A DNA stretch of 26,584 bases, from positions 1 to 26,584 of the IMG/VR virus record IMGVR_UViG_3300017700_000779. One strand, 5' to 3'. This DNA is from a virus. Its lineage: Duplodnaviria; Caudoviricetes. The notes beneath the pieces were generated by a model that searched no databases, was not told the DNA's origin, and worked only from the letters and a program-made list of their open reading frames with translations. The position numbers were made by a program, and so were the translations under genes. Shown here one piece after another: positions 15,807 to 24,123 of the stretch; within the stretch, counting starts at the first letter, position 1; each line of letters opens with the position of its first letter.

Positions 15807-17548
15807 ACAATCAAGTTAAGGTCGATTACGACCCCAAGACGCGCCGCCTCAAGATGACCTGTCCGTTCTTTCTGGCGGATGCGATGCGGAATTTCCCGGC
15901 CCGGAAGTTCGACCCGAAGTCCAAGACGTGGCGCATGCCTCTCACCCGGGGGAACATCGAGCACCTGAACGGCTCGAAGCACATCATCGACTACGTTATT
16001 ACGGAGGCCGCGCAGGCGGCGATCAAAGACTATGCGCAACTCACGAGCGGGCCTGTTTATATCCCATTCCCCTACCATCTTTACGATTTCAAACAATCCG
16101 CCACTGGATTTGATCCCATGCTCCATCAGTGCCGAATGCTGGACAAGGTATGGAATCTTCCTGCCGCCGCATGGTTTGCCAAGATGGGAACCGGAAAAAC
16201 GTTTGCTGCCGTACATCTGGCCTGTGCCCGATTTAAAGCTGGTCTTATCGACTCAGTCGTCATCATCTGTCCAAGTACTTTACGGTCTACGTGGCGGAAG
16301 GAGTTGGAAAAGTACGCAACTGTGGAAATCGATTACCGCATCCATGAAACCAAAGCCAGCTGGTACAAGGCATTCTGCGACCCTAATAATCGACGAAGTG
16401 GCGTCCTTCAAATCCTTGCCGTCAGCGTCGAGGGACTGGGAGTCTCACCTTCCCTTTTCGATAGTGTCTGTGGATTCTTCATTGGACGGAATATCATGGT
16501 CATCAATGATGAATCCTCCCGGATCAAGAACCCCTCTGCAATTCGAACCAAACGAGCCATCGAGCTTAGCTGCCACGCTAAGTACAAGATTATCCTTAAC
16601 GGCACTCCTATCGCCGTCGGAATGGAAGACCTCTGGTCCCAGTACGAATTTCTCGACCCCAACATCATCGGAAGCGGAGATTACTGGTCCTTCAAGACAC
16701 GATACGTGACGATGGGCGGTTATGAACAAAAGCAGATCGTCGGCTACCAGAACGTGGAAGAGTTGATGAAGTTGATCGAGCCATATACGGTTGAAGTCGG
16801 CAAGGATGTGCTCAATCTCCCGCCGAAGGTGATGAAGGTCCGCTATGTGACCGCGACCGCCGAGCAGAAGAAACTGTTGAAGGATATCAAGCGCGGATAC
16901 GGGGCCGACGAGAATTCGCCTCTGATTAAAGTAGATAACGTACTTGAGCGCGTCTTACGCTGGCGACAAGTGGTCGGCGGATGGTTGCCACGTCAGGACC
17001 CGGTGACGGAACTGGTCACGCTGGAACCGCTCAAGGACAATCCGAAGATGGATTCGTTCTTCGAGTTAGTGGCGGATAACTTCCATGGTTCCAAGTTCAT
17101 CATCTGGTCCCCGTTCGTGCACGAGATCGAGTACATTCATGAGAAGCTGATCGAGAAGTATGGTCCCGGCTCTGCGCTCAAGTATTACGGCAAGACCGAG
17201 AAGTCAGAGCGGTCGGCGGTCGAGGATGCCTACTGCAACGATCCGAATATGCGCTTCTTCGTGGCCAACATGCAAACGGCTGGCTTGGGCCTGACATTGA
17301 TTTCCGGCATGAACGACGTGATGATCTACTATTCGGGCACCAACGCCTATATCGACCGAGCACAGTCAGAAGACCGGGCGCACCGAATTGGTCAGAATAA
17401 CTCCGTTGTGGTGGTCGACATGGTGATGGAAAAGACCGTGGACGAACTCATGTTGGCCGCGATGGGCGAGAAGATGAGTATTGAAGAGTATATCATGACA
17501 CGCCTCAAGCAGGGAATCCCGCTCGACAATATAGAGCTTGAGGGTTGA
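15803..17548 (+). CDS. SNF2-family (SF2) DNA helicase/ATPase
   Basis: Motif I KMGTGKT, II INDESSRIKN, III LNGTP, V TAGLGLTL, VI QSEDRAHRIGQ. Confidence 0.92.
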   Translation: MNNQVKVDYDPKTRRLKMTCPFFLADAMRNFPARKFDPKSKTWRMPLTRGNIEHLNGSKHIIDYVITEAAQAAIKDYAQLTSGPVYIPFPYHLYDFKQSATGFDPMLHQCRMLDKVWNLPAAAWFAKMGTGKTFAAVHLACARFKAGLIDSVVIICPSTLRSTWRKELEKYATVEIDYRIHETKASWYKAFCDPNNRRSGVLQILAVSVEGLGVSPSLFDSVCGFFIGRNIMVINDESSRIKNPSAIRTKRAIELSCHAKYKIILNGTPIAVGMEDLWSQYEFLDPNIIGSGDYWSFKTRYVTMGGYEQKQIVGYQNVEELMKLIEPYTVEVGKDVLNLPPKVMKVRYVTATAEQKKLLKDIKRGYGADENSPLIKVDNVLERVLRWRQVVGGWLPRQDPVTELVTLEPLKDNPKMDSFFELVADNFHGSKFIIWSPFVHEIEYIHEKLIEKYGPGSALKYYGKTEKSERSAVEDAYCNDPNMRFFVANMQTAGLGLTLISGMNDVMIYYSGTNAYIDRAQSEDRAHRIGQNNSVVVVDMVMEKTVDELMLAAMGEKMSIEEYIMTRLKQGIPLDNIELEG

Positions 17549-17574
17549 CGGGAGGCATCGCGACGTGGTACACT
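17545..17574 (+). promoter_or_regulatory. Sigma70-type promoter
   Basis: TTGACG-GGAGGCATCGCGACGTGG (18 nt)-TACACT with extended -10 TG. Same spacer motif as the two leftward promoters. Confidence 0.7.
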
Positions 17575-17689
17575 AGAGTCTGGTCGCTGCCGAGCTACCA
17601 CATGGCCTTTCCCCCGGTTCCCGTCCGGAATAGTAAGGTCGGAAGCATCAGGCAGCGACTCCCGAACACAATAGCTAATAGGATATAAA

Positions 17690-18037
17690 ATGAAAAAGGC
17701 AACAGTCTGGGCCTGCAAAGAGCAGGTCACTCGCACCGGAGTCGGCGTCACGGCGATGGATTACTCCCCCGCCGAAGCGTATGGGCAGTTGAAGTTCATC
17801 ACCCGGACTGATCTGCCTTTTCACTCGGATTCGACCGTTCGTAACGTCTGGTGTGATGACGTTCAGAGCTTCGTCGAGCAGTATGATCCGGAAACGGATT
17901 ACATCATTACCACGGGCCAACCGGCTGCCATCTTCGCAATGGGCTTTGCTCTGGGCCGTGTGAATAAAACGCCACGCTTTCTGGTATGGCGTCGTGAGGA
18001 CAATCACTACCGTGTCCTCAATCTCCTGCAATACTAA
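17690..18037 (+). CDS. Phage hypothetical protein
   Basis: ORF track with good RBS. Small alpha/beta pattern (DYSPAEAYGQL...DYIITTGQP...LVWRR). Confidence 0.65.
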   Translation: MKKATVWACKEQVTRTGVGVTAMDYSPAEAYGQLKFITRTDLPFHSDSTVRNVWCDDVQSFVEQYDPETDYIITTGQPAAIFAMGFALGRVNKTPRFLVWRREDNHYRVLNLLQY

Positions 18038-18058
18038 CCCACCCTGATAGGAAATAGT

Positions 18059-18583
18059 ATGTCTAAAATTTACTCCCCAGTCCTCGCTGCGATTCAGGTC
18101 GCTCTTGGTCAAGTCGATGAACTCGGCCAGCAATCGATGGTTGATAGTTTCGCGGCAATAGCCGCTGGAAACCTCCAGAAGTCCGAAGAAATCACGAGCA
18201 AAGGAATGACTCTGGTCGCTCAACATGATTTCTTGCTCGACATGGAAAAGACCTTTAAAATTGCCGTGATGGTCGACGACGCTGAGCGCAGTAATGGTGA
18301 TCCGGTGGCAGCTTTGCTGGCGGTTCTGGCTGGCCGTGTTTCCGAGCCAAAGAAGGAGCCTAGCTTGGCCCAAATGTTGGGTGACCTTTTGGCGAAGAAG
18401 GTGGACCCAGTCCATAAGATCGAATCCGAAATCGGCGCGATGATGAAAGATATGTTGACCAAGGGCCTTTCGATCCGGCGTGTCAATGTCGAAGACCTGT
18501 TTAAAGATCCGGAACCAAAGGCCCCGCCTCCTGAAAACAAAGCCCAGTGCGCTGCCCATGCTGCCGGGCAGGAGCAGAAGTAA
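18059..18583 (+). CDS. Hypothetical protein
   Basis: ORF track, AGGA RBS. Confidence 0.6.
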   Translation: MSKIYSPVLAAIQVALGQVDELGQQSMVDSFAAIAAGNLQKSEEITSKGMTLVAQHDFLLDMEKTFKIAVMVDDAERSNGDPVAALLAVLAGRVSEPKKEPSLAQMLGDLLAKKVDPVHKIESEIGAMMKDMLTKGLSIRRVNVEDLFKDPEPKAPPPENKAQCAAHAAGQEQK

Positions 18584-19176
18584 TGAAGGCCGTCGTCACC
18601 GGCAATCTGCTGGAATCCAACCTAGCTGACCTCGACTCGGCCATCGGCGAACTGCGCGATGCTCAATACTTCGACCTCGCCGAGACAATCGAAACCTCGA
18701 TCCTGTTGCTGCGCACTTTGCAGCGGGCCGAGATCCTGCCTTGGGATGCGGTCGAAGATGACGTCCCGGTCACCGGCGATCTGAACACTCTGCGCGAACT
18801 CTGTGTTGAAATGAAGACGCTGCAGCTTAAGGCGCTGGATTTGAAAGCACAGGCAGCGGAAGTCAAGATCCCGCTCGACCACCTGCGCCTCAAGAAGATC
18901 CCGGACATGATGGAGGCGCTCCAAGTCAAGACCACGACCTTTCAGGGGATTGGGCGAGTTCAGACTGCTCCGGACCTCTACTGCTCGACCGCAAAAGGTC
19001 GTAAAGCTGAGGCCATGGAATGGCTCCGCGACTGCGGGTACGAGGAAATGATCAGCGAATCGTACAATTCCGGGTCCATGAAAGCCTTGATGCGTCGTCT
19101 GATCACCGAAGGCACCGAAACGCCGGAATTCATGAACATCACACCGTTCGTGCGCGCCTCGATTGTAAAGGTCTGA
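18583..19176 (+). CDS. Phage replication-region hypothetical protein
   Basis: Start MKAVVTG at a TAATG overlap. IPDMM...AMEWLRDCGYEEMI pattern resembles proteins found near phage SSB-like genes. Confidence 0.65.
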   Translation: MKAVVTGNLLESNLADLDSAIGELRDAQYFDLAETIETSILLLRTLQRAEILPWDAVEDDVPVTGDLNTLRELCVEMKTLQLKALDLKAQAAEVKIPLDHLRLKKIPDMMEALQVKTTTFQGIGRVQTAPDLYCSTAKGRKAEAMEWLRDCGYEEMISESYNSGSMKALMRRLITEGTETPEFMNITPFVRASIVKV

Positions 19177-19178
19177 TC

Positions 19179-19397
19179 ATGAAATTCCTCGGATGGTTTA
19201 TTGGTGTGATATTTATCATCGCTGTGATCCTTGGCTGTTATTGGCTGGCGTGGCAACTCTGGTGCTACGTTGTACCGCAAATCTGGGTCACTGGTCCGGC
19301 GAATCTCGTGCGACCCGGGTTCTGGTTCTTCGTGGCCTGTGCCTTCTTGCTCAGCTGGATCGGTCGCCGGATCTTTTATAGTGGTAAGAGCGAGTAA
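19179..19397 (+). CDS. Small two-TM membrane protein
   Basis: Start MKFLGWF. Two hydrophobic helices. Confidence 0.6.
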   Translation: MKFLGWFIGVIFIIAVILGCYWLAWQLWCYVVPQIWVTGPANLVRPGFWFFVACAFLLSWIGRRIFYSGKSE

Positions 19398-19756
19398 TGA
19401 GTAACGTCTACCCCGTCCGCTGCTGTAACGGATCGTGCCGCCACCGTCGCAAGTCGAAGACTCACCCCTTCGACTACAAAGGCAAAGGCCCAGCATGTGA
19501 TGTCTGCAAAAAGCGGGCGGGGTGGCGTATTGAGCACCAAGCTATCGACAAGCGCGAACTTTGCGACTGTGGTAGTGTAATGGGCCGGGTTCGCTCGGTC
19601 CGCCACAAGACATCCCATCCCCTCTGCTTGCAGAATCCAGAGGGGCCACGCAACAACCTGTTACGAGCAGGATGCAAGGAGTCTGAACTCTTTGACCTGC
19701 TCCCCCTTGACGCCCTCGGCAGAAAGATCGGACCAAATGAACCTTGCCCTTTCTGA
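19397..19756 (+). CDS. Cys/His-rich basic (zinc-binding-like) protein
   Basis: RCCNGSC, CDVC, CDCG, HKTSHPLC. TAATG overlap. Confidence 0.6.
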   Translation: MSNVYPVRCCNGSCRHRRKSKTHPFDYKGKGPACDVCKKRAGWRIEHQAIDKRELCDCGSVMGRVRSVRHKTSHPLCLQNPEGPRNNLLRAGCKESELFDLLPLDALGRKIGPNEPCPF

Positions 19757-20090
19757 TGGCTGGCATGCTGGCCCCCTGTTCATCCCTCGGATCGTGCGAC
19801 CACTCGCTCGCCCTAAAGGGAAAGAAGGTTACGTCCACAGGCTGTAGACCCGCCGTGCGACCCCGCCTTGGGCTGATAAGAAGGCGATCAATCTGATCTA
19901 CGCCAAAGCCAAGCGCCTGACGCGCTGGATGGGCGAGCTTTATGTTGTTGACCACATCATTCCGAAGATCAATCCGCTGGTGTGCGGTCTTCATGTTGAG
20001 AAGAATTTGCGGATCGTCCACTGGCTGCCGAACGCAAAGAAGGGGGCCATGTGGCCCGATACCCAGCTTGACTTATTTGGAGAAGAATAA
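19737..20090 (+). pseudogene. HNH-endonuclease-like gene interrupted by an in-frame TAG
   Basis: ATG 19737 ...YVHRL*(19845-19847)TRRATPPWADKKAINLIY...YVVDHIIPKINPLVCGLHVEKNLRIVHWLPNAKKG..., ending at TAA 20088-20090, which overlaps the next ATG. Confidence 0.7.
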
Positions 20091-20491
20091 TGCCGTCTAC
20101 TACTGCGAAATATTTCGCCTTTGCTCACCTGCCTCCGCATTTGCAGGCAGTTAGCGCCCCGATTGGGCATCTGGCGACCCGCATGGAGGTCATGTTACCG
20201 GATGGCCCCGAGAAATCGGCGGGCATGCGCAAGTTGTTGGAAGCCAAGGACTGTTTCGTACGCTCCGCGTTGGACATGCCGAAACCCGGTCCCACCGAAT
20301 TCCAGCCGCACCAACAGCGGGTTATCGAAGAGCGGGCTGAGATCGCGGGCCGCGCCAGTGCCCTTTCTACGTTCCTCGGCTCCGAGACTTTTGCTGGCCT
20401 GTCCCAAGCCGAGAAGGAGTGTCTGTCCCGGCAATCGGATATTATGGTCCAGTATCGCATCGTCCTCGACGAACGTATCGCGGCGTTCTAG
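20090..20491 (+). CDS. Two-domain helical protein, putative anti-defence nucleotide-signal sponge
   Basis: N-domain YFAFAHLPPHLQAVS...GPEKSAGMRKLLEAKDCFVR resembles an Acb2/Tad1-like helical hairpin. C-domain QPHQQRVIEERAE...Q..IM.QY..VLDERIAAF resembles the crAss001_48 family. Confidence 0.5.
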   Translation: MPSTTAKYFAFAHLPPHLQAVSAPIGHLATRMEVMLPDGPEKSAGMRKLLEAKDCFVRSALDMPKPGPTEFQPHQQRVIEERAEIAGRASALSTFLGSETFAGLSQAEKECLSRQSDIMVQYRIVLDERIAAF

Positions 20492-20494
20492 GTC

Positions 20495-20698
20495 ATGTTC
20501 TTCATTCCCATCGGCTTGATTATCGCTTTAGCTGAGGCAAATGCCCGGCTCGGGCCGGCGTGCGAATGGTGCCGGACCCGTAACACCAGTATCAAGTTTT
20601 GCAAGAATTGTGGCGGTCCTCGTCACTTTACCAACCTGAGTCCCCCTGTACGACGCGCAGCGACTCAGTTAATCTCCCAGCGTCTTAATAGGAAATAA
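20495..20698 (+). CDS. Small zinc-ribbon protein
   Basis: CEWC...CKNCGGP. Fills the gap in the operon. Confidence 0.45.
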   Translation: MFFIPIGLIIALAEANARLGPACEWCRTRNTSIKFCKNCGGPRHFTNLSPPVRRAATQLISQRLNRK

Positions 20699-20701
20699 AT
20701 C

Positions 20702-21511
20702 ATGGCAACGAAGAAACCAGCAGCAAACGAAGTGTCGACCAAAGTCCAGAACGCAGGCGCAGTCACGGCTTTCGCACAAGATTCGGTTCCAGACTACATC
20801 AAGAAGGACGGCGGTCGCGGCTCGGAAGAAGTTAAATCCTCCGATATGGTCCTCCCGCGCTTGGAATTGGTTCAGGCCCAAAGCCCGATCAAGGACGAGA
20901 ACGACGAGGCCCGCGAAGGTATGCTGTTCAACAGCGTTACGCAAGAACTGTACGGCGATTTGGTCTATTTCGTCCCGATTTACTTCCGGGTGGAATGGCT
21001 GATCTGGAAGGACCAAGATCTGGGCGGCGGCTTCTTCGGCAGCTACCCGACCCAAGAGCAGGCAGAAGAGCGCCTGCGTCAAGTGGTGGAAGATGATCCG
21101 TCACTGGCTGGCCGCTCAAAAGAAGGCAAACCAGCAGTCGAAATCGTCGATACCCCGGTCCATTACGGTATGCGTATCACCGAAGACGGCGTTACCGAGC
21201 AAATCGTCATTTCGATGGCGAAGTCGAAGTCCAAAGTATCCCGTAAGTGGAACGCCATGATCCAGATCGCGGGCGGTGACCGTTTCGGTCGCGTCTATAA
21301 GATCTCGGCGTTCACCGACGAAAACAAGCAAGGCAAGAAGTTCAAAAACTTCGTGATCCAGCCCGCAGGCTTCCCGCCGAAGGCCGTCTACGAAGAAGCT
21401 GAGCGCGTTTACACGTCGTTCCGTTCGGGCGAAGTGACCGCGAACCACGGTTCCGGTGTTTCGGATGACGCTGTCCAAGGCACCGACTCCAACACTCGCG
21501 GCGAAATCTAA
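20702..21511 (+). CDS. Putative ssDNA-binding / replication accessory protein
   Basis: SDMVLPRLELVQAQSP N-terminal motif, aromatic beta-rich core, acidic/polar tail. Followed by a terminator and located near the polymerase. Confidence 0.5.
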   Translation: MATKKPAANEVSTKVQNAGAVTAFAQDSVPDYIKKDGGRGSEEVKSSDMVLPRLELVQAQSPIKDENDEAREGMLFNSVTQELYGDLVYFVPIYFRVEWLIWKDQDLGGGFFGSYPTQEQAEERLRQVVEDDPSLAGRSKEGKPAVEIVDTPVHYGMRITEDGVTEQIVISMAKSKSKVSRKWNAMIQIAGGDRFGRVYKISAFTDENKQGKKFKNFVIQPAGFPPKAVYEEAERVYTSFRSGEVTANHGSGVSDDAVQGTDSNTRGEI

Positions 21512-21517
21512 GTAACA

Positions 21518-21542
21518 GGCCGGGGCTTCGGCCCCGGTTTTT
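21518..21542 (+). terminator. Intrinsic terminator
   Basis: GGCCGGGGC-TTCG-GCCCCGGTT followed by TTT. Confidence 0.85.
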
Positions 21543-21564
21543 GATAGATAATAGGAGAATAATC

Positions 21565-22023
21565 ATGGAATTCCCGCTTGTGACTATCCGTTCATTCCCG
21601 ATCCAACGGGATCACGCTATCCTCCAAATGGCAGGACTGCAAGCAGATCTGAATCGGAAGTTTGGCTTCTTCGGCCCTACATGCCGGTTGGTCGGGTCCT
21701 GCGAGATCCAAGGCGAGGGCAATGACGTTGATGTCATGGTGACCGTATTTGCTACGCACCACACAGACACGGTGGCTGATTACCTTAAGTCTACCGGCTT
21801 CCTCGAACAAGAAGTACTGGATGCTGAGAATTACGGTCCCGGCGATTTCCGCTCGCTCCGTAAGAACGATATAAATGTCCTGCTGGTTTGGGACTTTAAG
21901 CTATCGGATAAGTGGATTGCGGCAGTTGAAGTGTGTAAGTACGTGAAGACGCAGAATCGCGAACAGCGTGTTGCGATTCACAAGATCGTGATGGACGGTG
22001 AATCCGCACTGGATCAAGAGTAA
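21565..22023 (+). CDS. Minimal Pol-beta-superfamily nucleotidyltransferase-like protein
   Basis: LVGSCEIQGEGNDVDVMV matches hG[GS]-x(n)-DhDh. Start MEFPLV after AGGAG. TAATG overlap with the polymerase. Confidence 0.55.
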   Translation: MEFPLVTIRSFPIQRDHAILQMAGLQADLNRKFGFFGPTCRLVGSCEIQGEGNDVDVMVTVFATHHTDTVADYLKSTGFLEQEVLDAENYGPGDFRSLRKNDINVLLVWDFKLSDKWIAAVEVCKYVKTQNREQRVAIHKIVMDGESALDQE

Positions 22024-23936
22024 TGGATTTCCCCAATATCCCCCGAGGCGAGTTAATCGGCCTCGACTATGAAACCACCGGGTTGAAGTATTGGGATCCG
22101 GACTTCCGTGTATTTGGCGTGGCCGTCGCTGCCGGTGAGCCATTACGTATCTTGCCGTCTGCCCTGCGCGATGACCGGCCCTTCGAAGCCAATGAGAAGT
22201 TCCAACAGATTACGACCGGTGGAATCCACTCTTGGTACTGGGATATCCGTCACACTCCCAACGTTGTTAACTGGCTCCGTGACATGCTTCCGGGCCGTAA
22301 AGCAGTCGCACAGAATGCGCAGTATGATTACCAATGTACGCAGGTACTTGGGATCGATCCCCGCAGCATTGAATGGTACTGCACCATGGTCAACGAGTGC
22401 CTGATTGATGAGCACCACTTGACCTATGACCTTGCCTCGATCTGCCGTTATAGGGGCGTGGAGTCCGAAAAGGTCGCCATACTGGAGTCGATCCGGGTCG
22501 CGATGGGCTGGGGGACTGTACGCGAGGTACTAGAGCGCCTCTCCGAGGTCCCGCCTGCTATGGTGGCCCGATACGGTGCCTCCGACGCCTCCGACGCGCT
22601 CTCAATCTACTACGCACAGCAGCCTCTGATAATCGAGCAGGGCCTGCAGCAGGTATCCTCGCTCGAAGGTCAGCTGCTCCCTGTCTTGGCGGACATGTCT
22701 TGGACCGGTATCCGGGTCGACTTGGAAGCCGCACACAGGGCAATCCCCCTGTTGGACGAGAAGGAGGAAATCCTCCAGAAGGAAATCAACGAAATCGCAG
22801 GAGGCAAGTTCAATGTTAACAGTACCCCTCAAGTCCGTGCTTTCTTCAAACCAGAGCCGATCAGCACCTATCAATGGCGACTCATCGACGGAACTCTTGT
22901 TGGCCCGACAAAGGGCGGTAAAGGGCCGTCGCTTGACCAACACGTTATGCGGGAAATCAAGCACCCCATGGCTAAGAAGATACAAGATCTTCGTAAGACC
23001 ATCAAGTTACGGGATACTTTCATCCGAGGCCATGTTATTGGAAGTGCTGATGGGGAAGGGTACGTCCACACCCAGTTCAACCAAACACGCAACGATGCGG
23101 ACGCGGGGACGATCACCGGTCGCCTTTCGTCGGTTGATCCCGCTCTCCAGCAAATTACCAAGCGAGACAAAGCCAACGCCGCCATTCTACGGGCCATGTT
23201 CCTCCCCGATGAAGGTGATGATTGGCTATGTACCGATTACAGTCAAGTTGACTTTCGATGCGCTGCGCATCTCATCAATGACCAAGCTATTATCGCAGCC
23301 TATGGTGATGATCCGACGTTGGATTACCATCAAATCGTTAGTGATATGACTGGCATCCCCCGGAACGCCGCCTATGCTGGCGCACCGAACACGAAGCAGA
23401 TTAATCTCGGGCTGGCCTTTGGTGCCGGTGCCGGAAAGCTGGCGTTCATGATGGGGATGCCGTATGAAATCACCGAGTTCCGCAAGAAGATGGCGTATCT
23501 CCCCGGGCAGGAAGCCAAAGACATCTTCGAACTGTACCACAAGAAGCTCCCCGGCGTCAAGGAGTTCATGAAGAAGGCCGAAGCGGTCGCCAAATCCACA
23601 GGGTATGTTCGCACAGCCATTGGTCGTCGTCTGCGCTTCCCGACCGGCGCTCACAAGGCAGCAGGTTTGCTCTACCAAGCGTACGCAGCTGACCTCCATA
23701 AATACGGCCTGATCGCAATCGACAGCGCTATTCGTAAGCATGACCTCCCTGCCCGTCTGTTGATGTCTTGTCACGACGAGGCCGGGATCAGTATGAAACA
23801 AGATGAGGAGGTCAAACGCCTCCTCATGCAAGAATACACTAACTTTAATTCGGAAGATAGTGTGATCCAGATGCGGGTGCCAATTACCGCCTCTGGTGAC
23901 TTTGGAATCAATTGGTATGAAGCTTCTAAGGGGTAA
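22023..23936 (+). CDS. dpoZ: Family A DNA polymerase with 3'-5' exonuclease, likely Z-selective DpoZ
   Basis: Exo I LDYETTG, Exo II QNAQYD, Exo III YGASD. TGRLSSVDPALQQI, motif A DYSQVDFR, motif B KQINLGLAFG, motif C CHDE. No 5' nuclease domain. Close to purZ. Confidence 0.8.
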   Translation: MDFPNIPRGELIGLDYETTGLKYWDPDFRVFGVAVAAGEPLRILPSALRDDRPFEANEKFQQITTGGIHSWYWDIRHTPNVVNWLRDMLPGRKAVAQNAQYDYQCTQVLGIDPRSIEWYCTMVNECLIDEHHLTYDLASICRYRGVESEKVAILESIRVAMGWGTVREVLERLSEVPPAMVARYGASDASDALSIYYAQQPLIIEQGLQQVSSLEGQLLPVLADMSWTGIRVDLEAAHRAIPLLDEKEEILQKEINEIAGGKFNVNSTPQVRAFFKPEPISTYQWRLIDGTLVGPTKGGKGPSLDQHVMREIKHPMAKKIQDLRKTIKLRDTFIRGHVIGSADGEGYVHTQFNQTRNDADAGTITGRLSSVDPALQQITKRDKANAAILRAMFLPDEGDDWLCTDYSQVDFRCAAHLINDQAIIAAYGDDPTLDYHQIVSDMTGIPRNAAYAGAPNTKQINLGLAFGAGAGKLAFMMGMPYEITEFRKKMAYLPGQEAKDIFELYHKKLPGVKEFMKKAEAVAKSTGYVRTAIGRRLRFPTGAHKAAGLLYQAYAADLHKYGLIAIDSAIRKHDLPARLLMSCHDEAGISMKQDEEVKRLLMQEYTNFNSEDSVIQMRVPITASGDFGINWYEASKG

Positions 23937-23939
23937 CAC

Positions 23940-24074
23940 ATGCGACACAATATGAACATGAGTACTTTCATCGGCACCAAGGTGGTGTTGGCGATCGCTA
24001 TGAGCCGCGCAGCGTACAACGGATATCGCGGTTGGACGCCTCCGGAGGGCGAGGATCAGAACGTGGACGGGTAG
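23940..24074 (+). pseudogene. Truncated N-terminal domain of the downstream DUF2829/Tad2-like gene
   Basis: FIGTKVVLAIAMSRAAYNGYRGWTPPEGEDQNVDG*. The +1 frame from 24073 continues SWSPKEQFDNAY into the 24124 ORF. Confidence 0.6.
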
Positions 24075-24123
24075 CTGGTCGCCCAAAGAACAATTCGACA
24101 ACGCCTACCGTAACTTCACCAAC

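Noticed and set aside
19845-24074. Genome-wide amber (TAG) recoding
   Set aside because: Only two internal TAGs were found, and one is better explained by a deletion/frameshift. The large conserved genes read through intact under the standard code, and TAG ends normal genes (2657-2659, 20489-20491).
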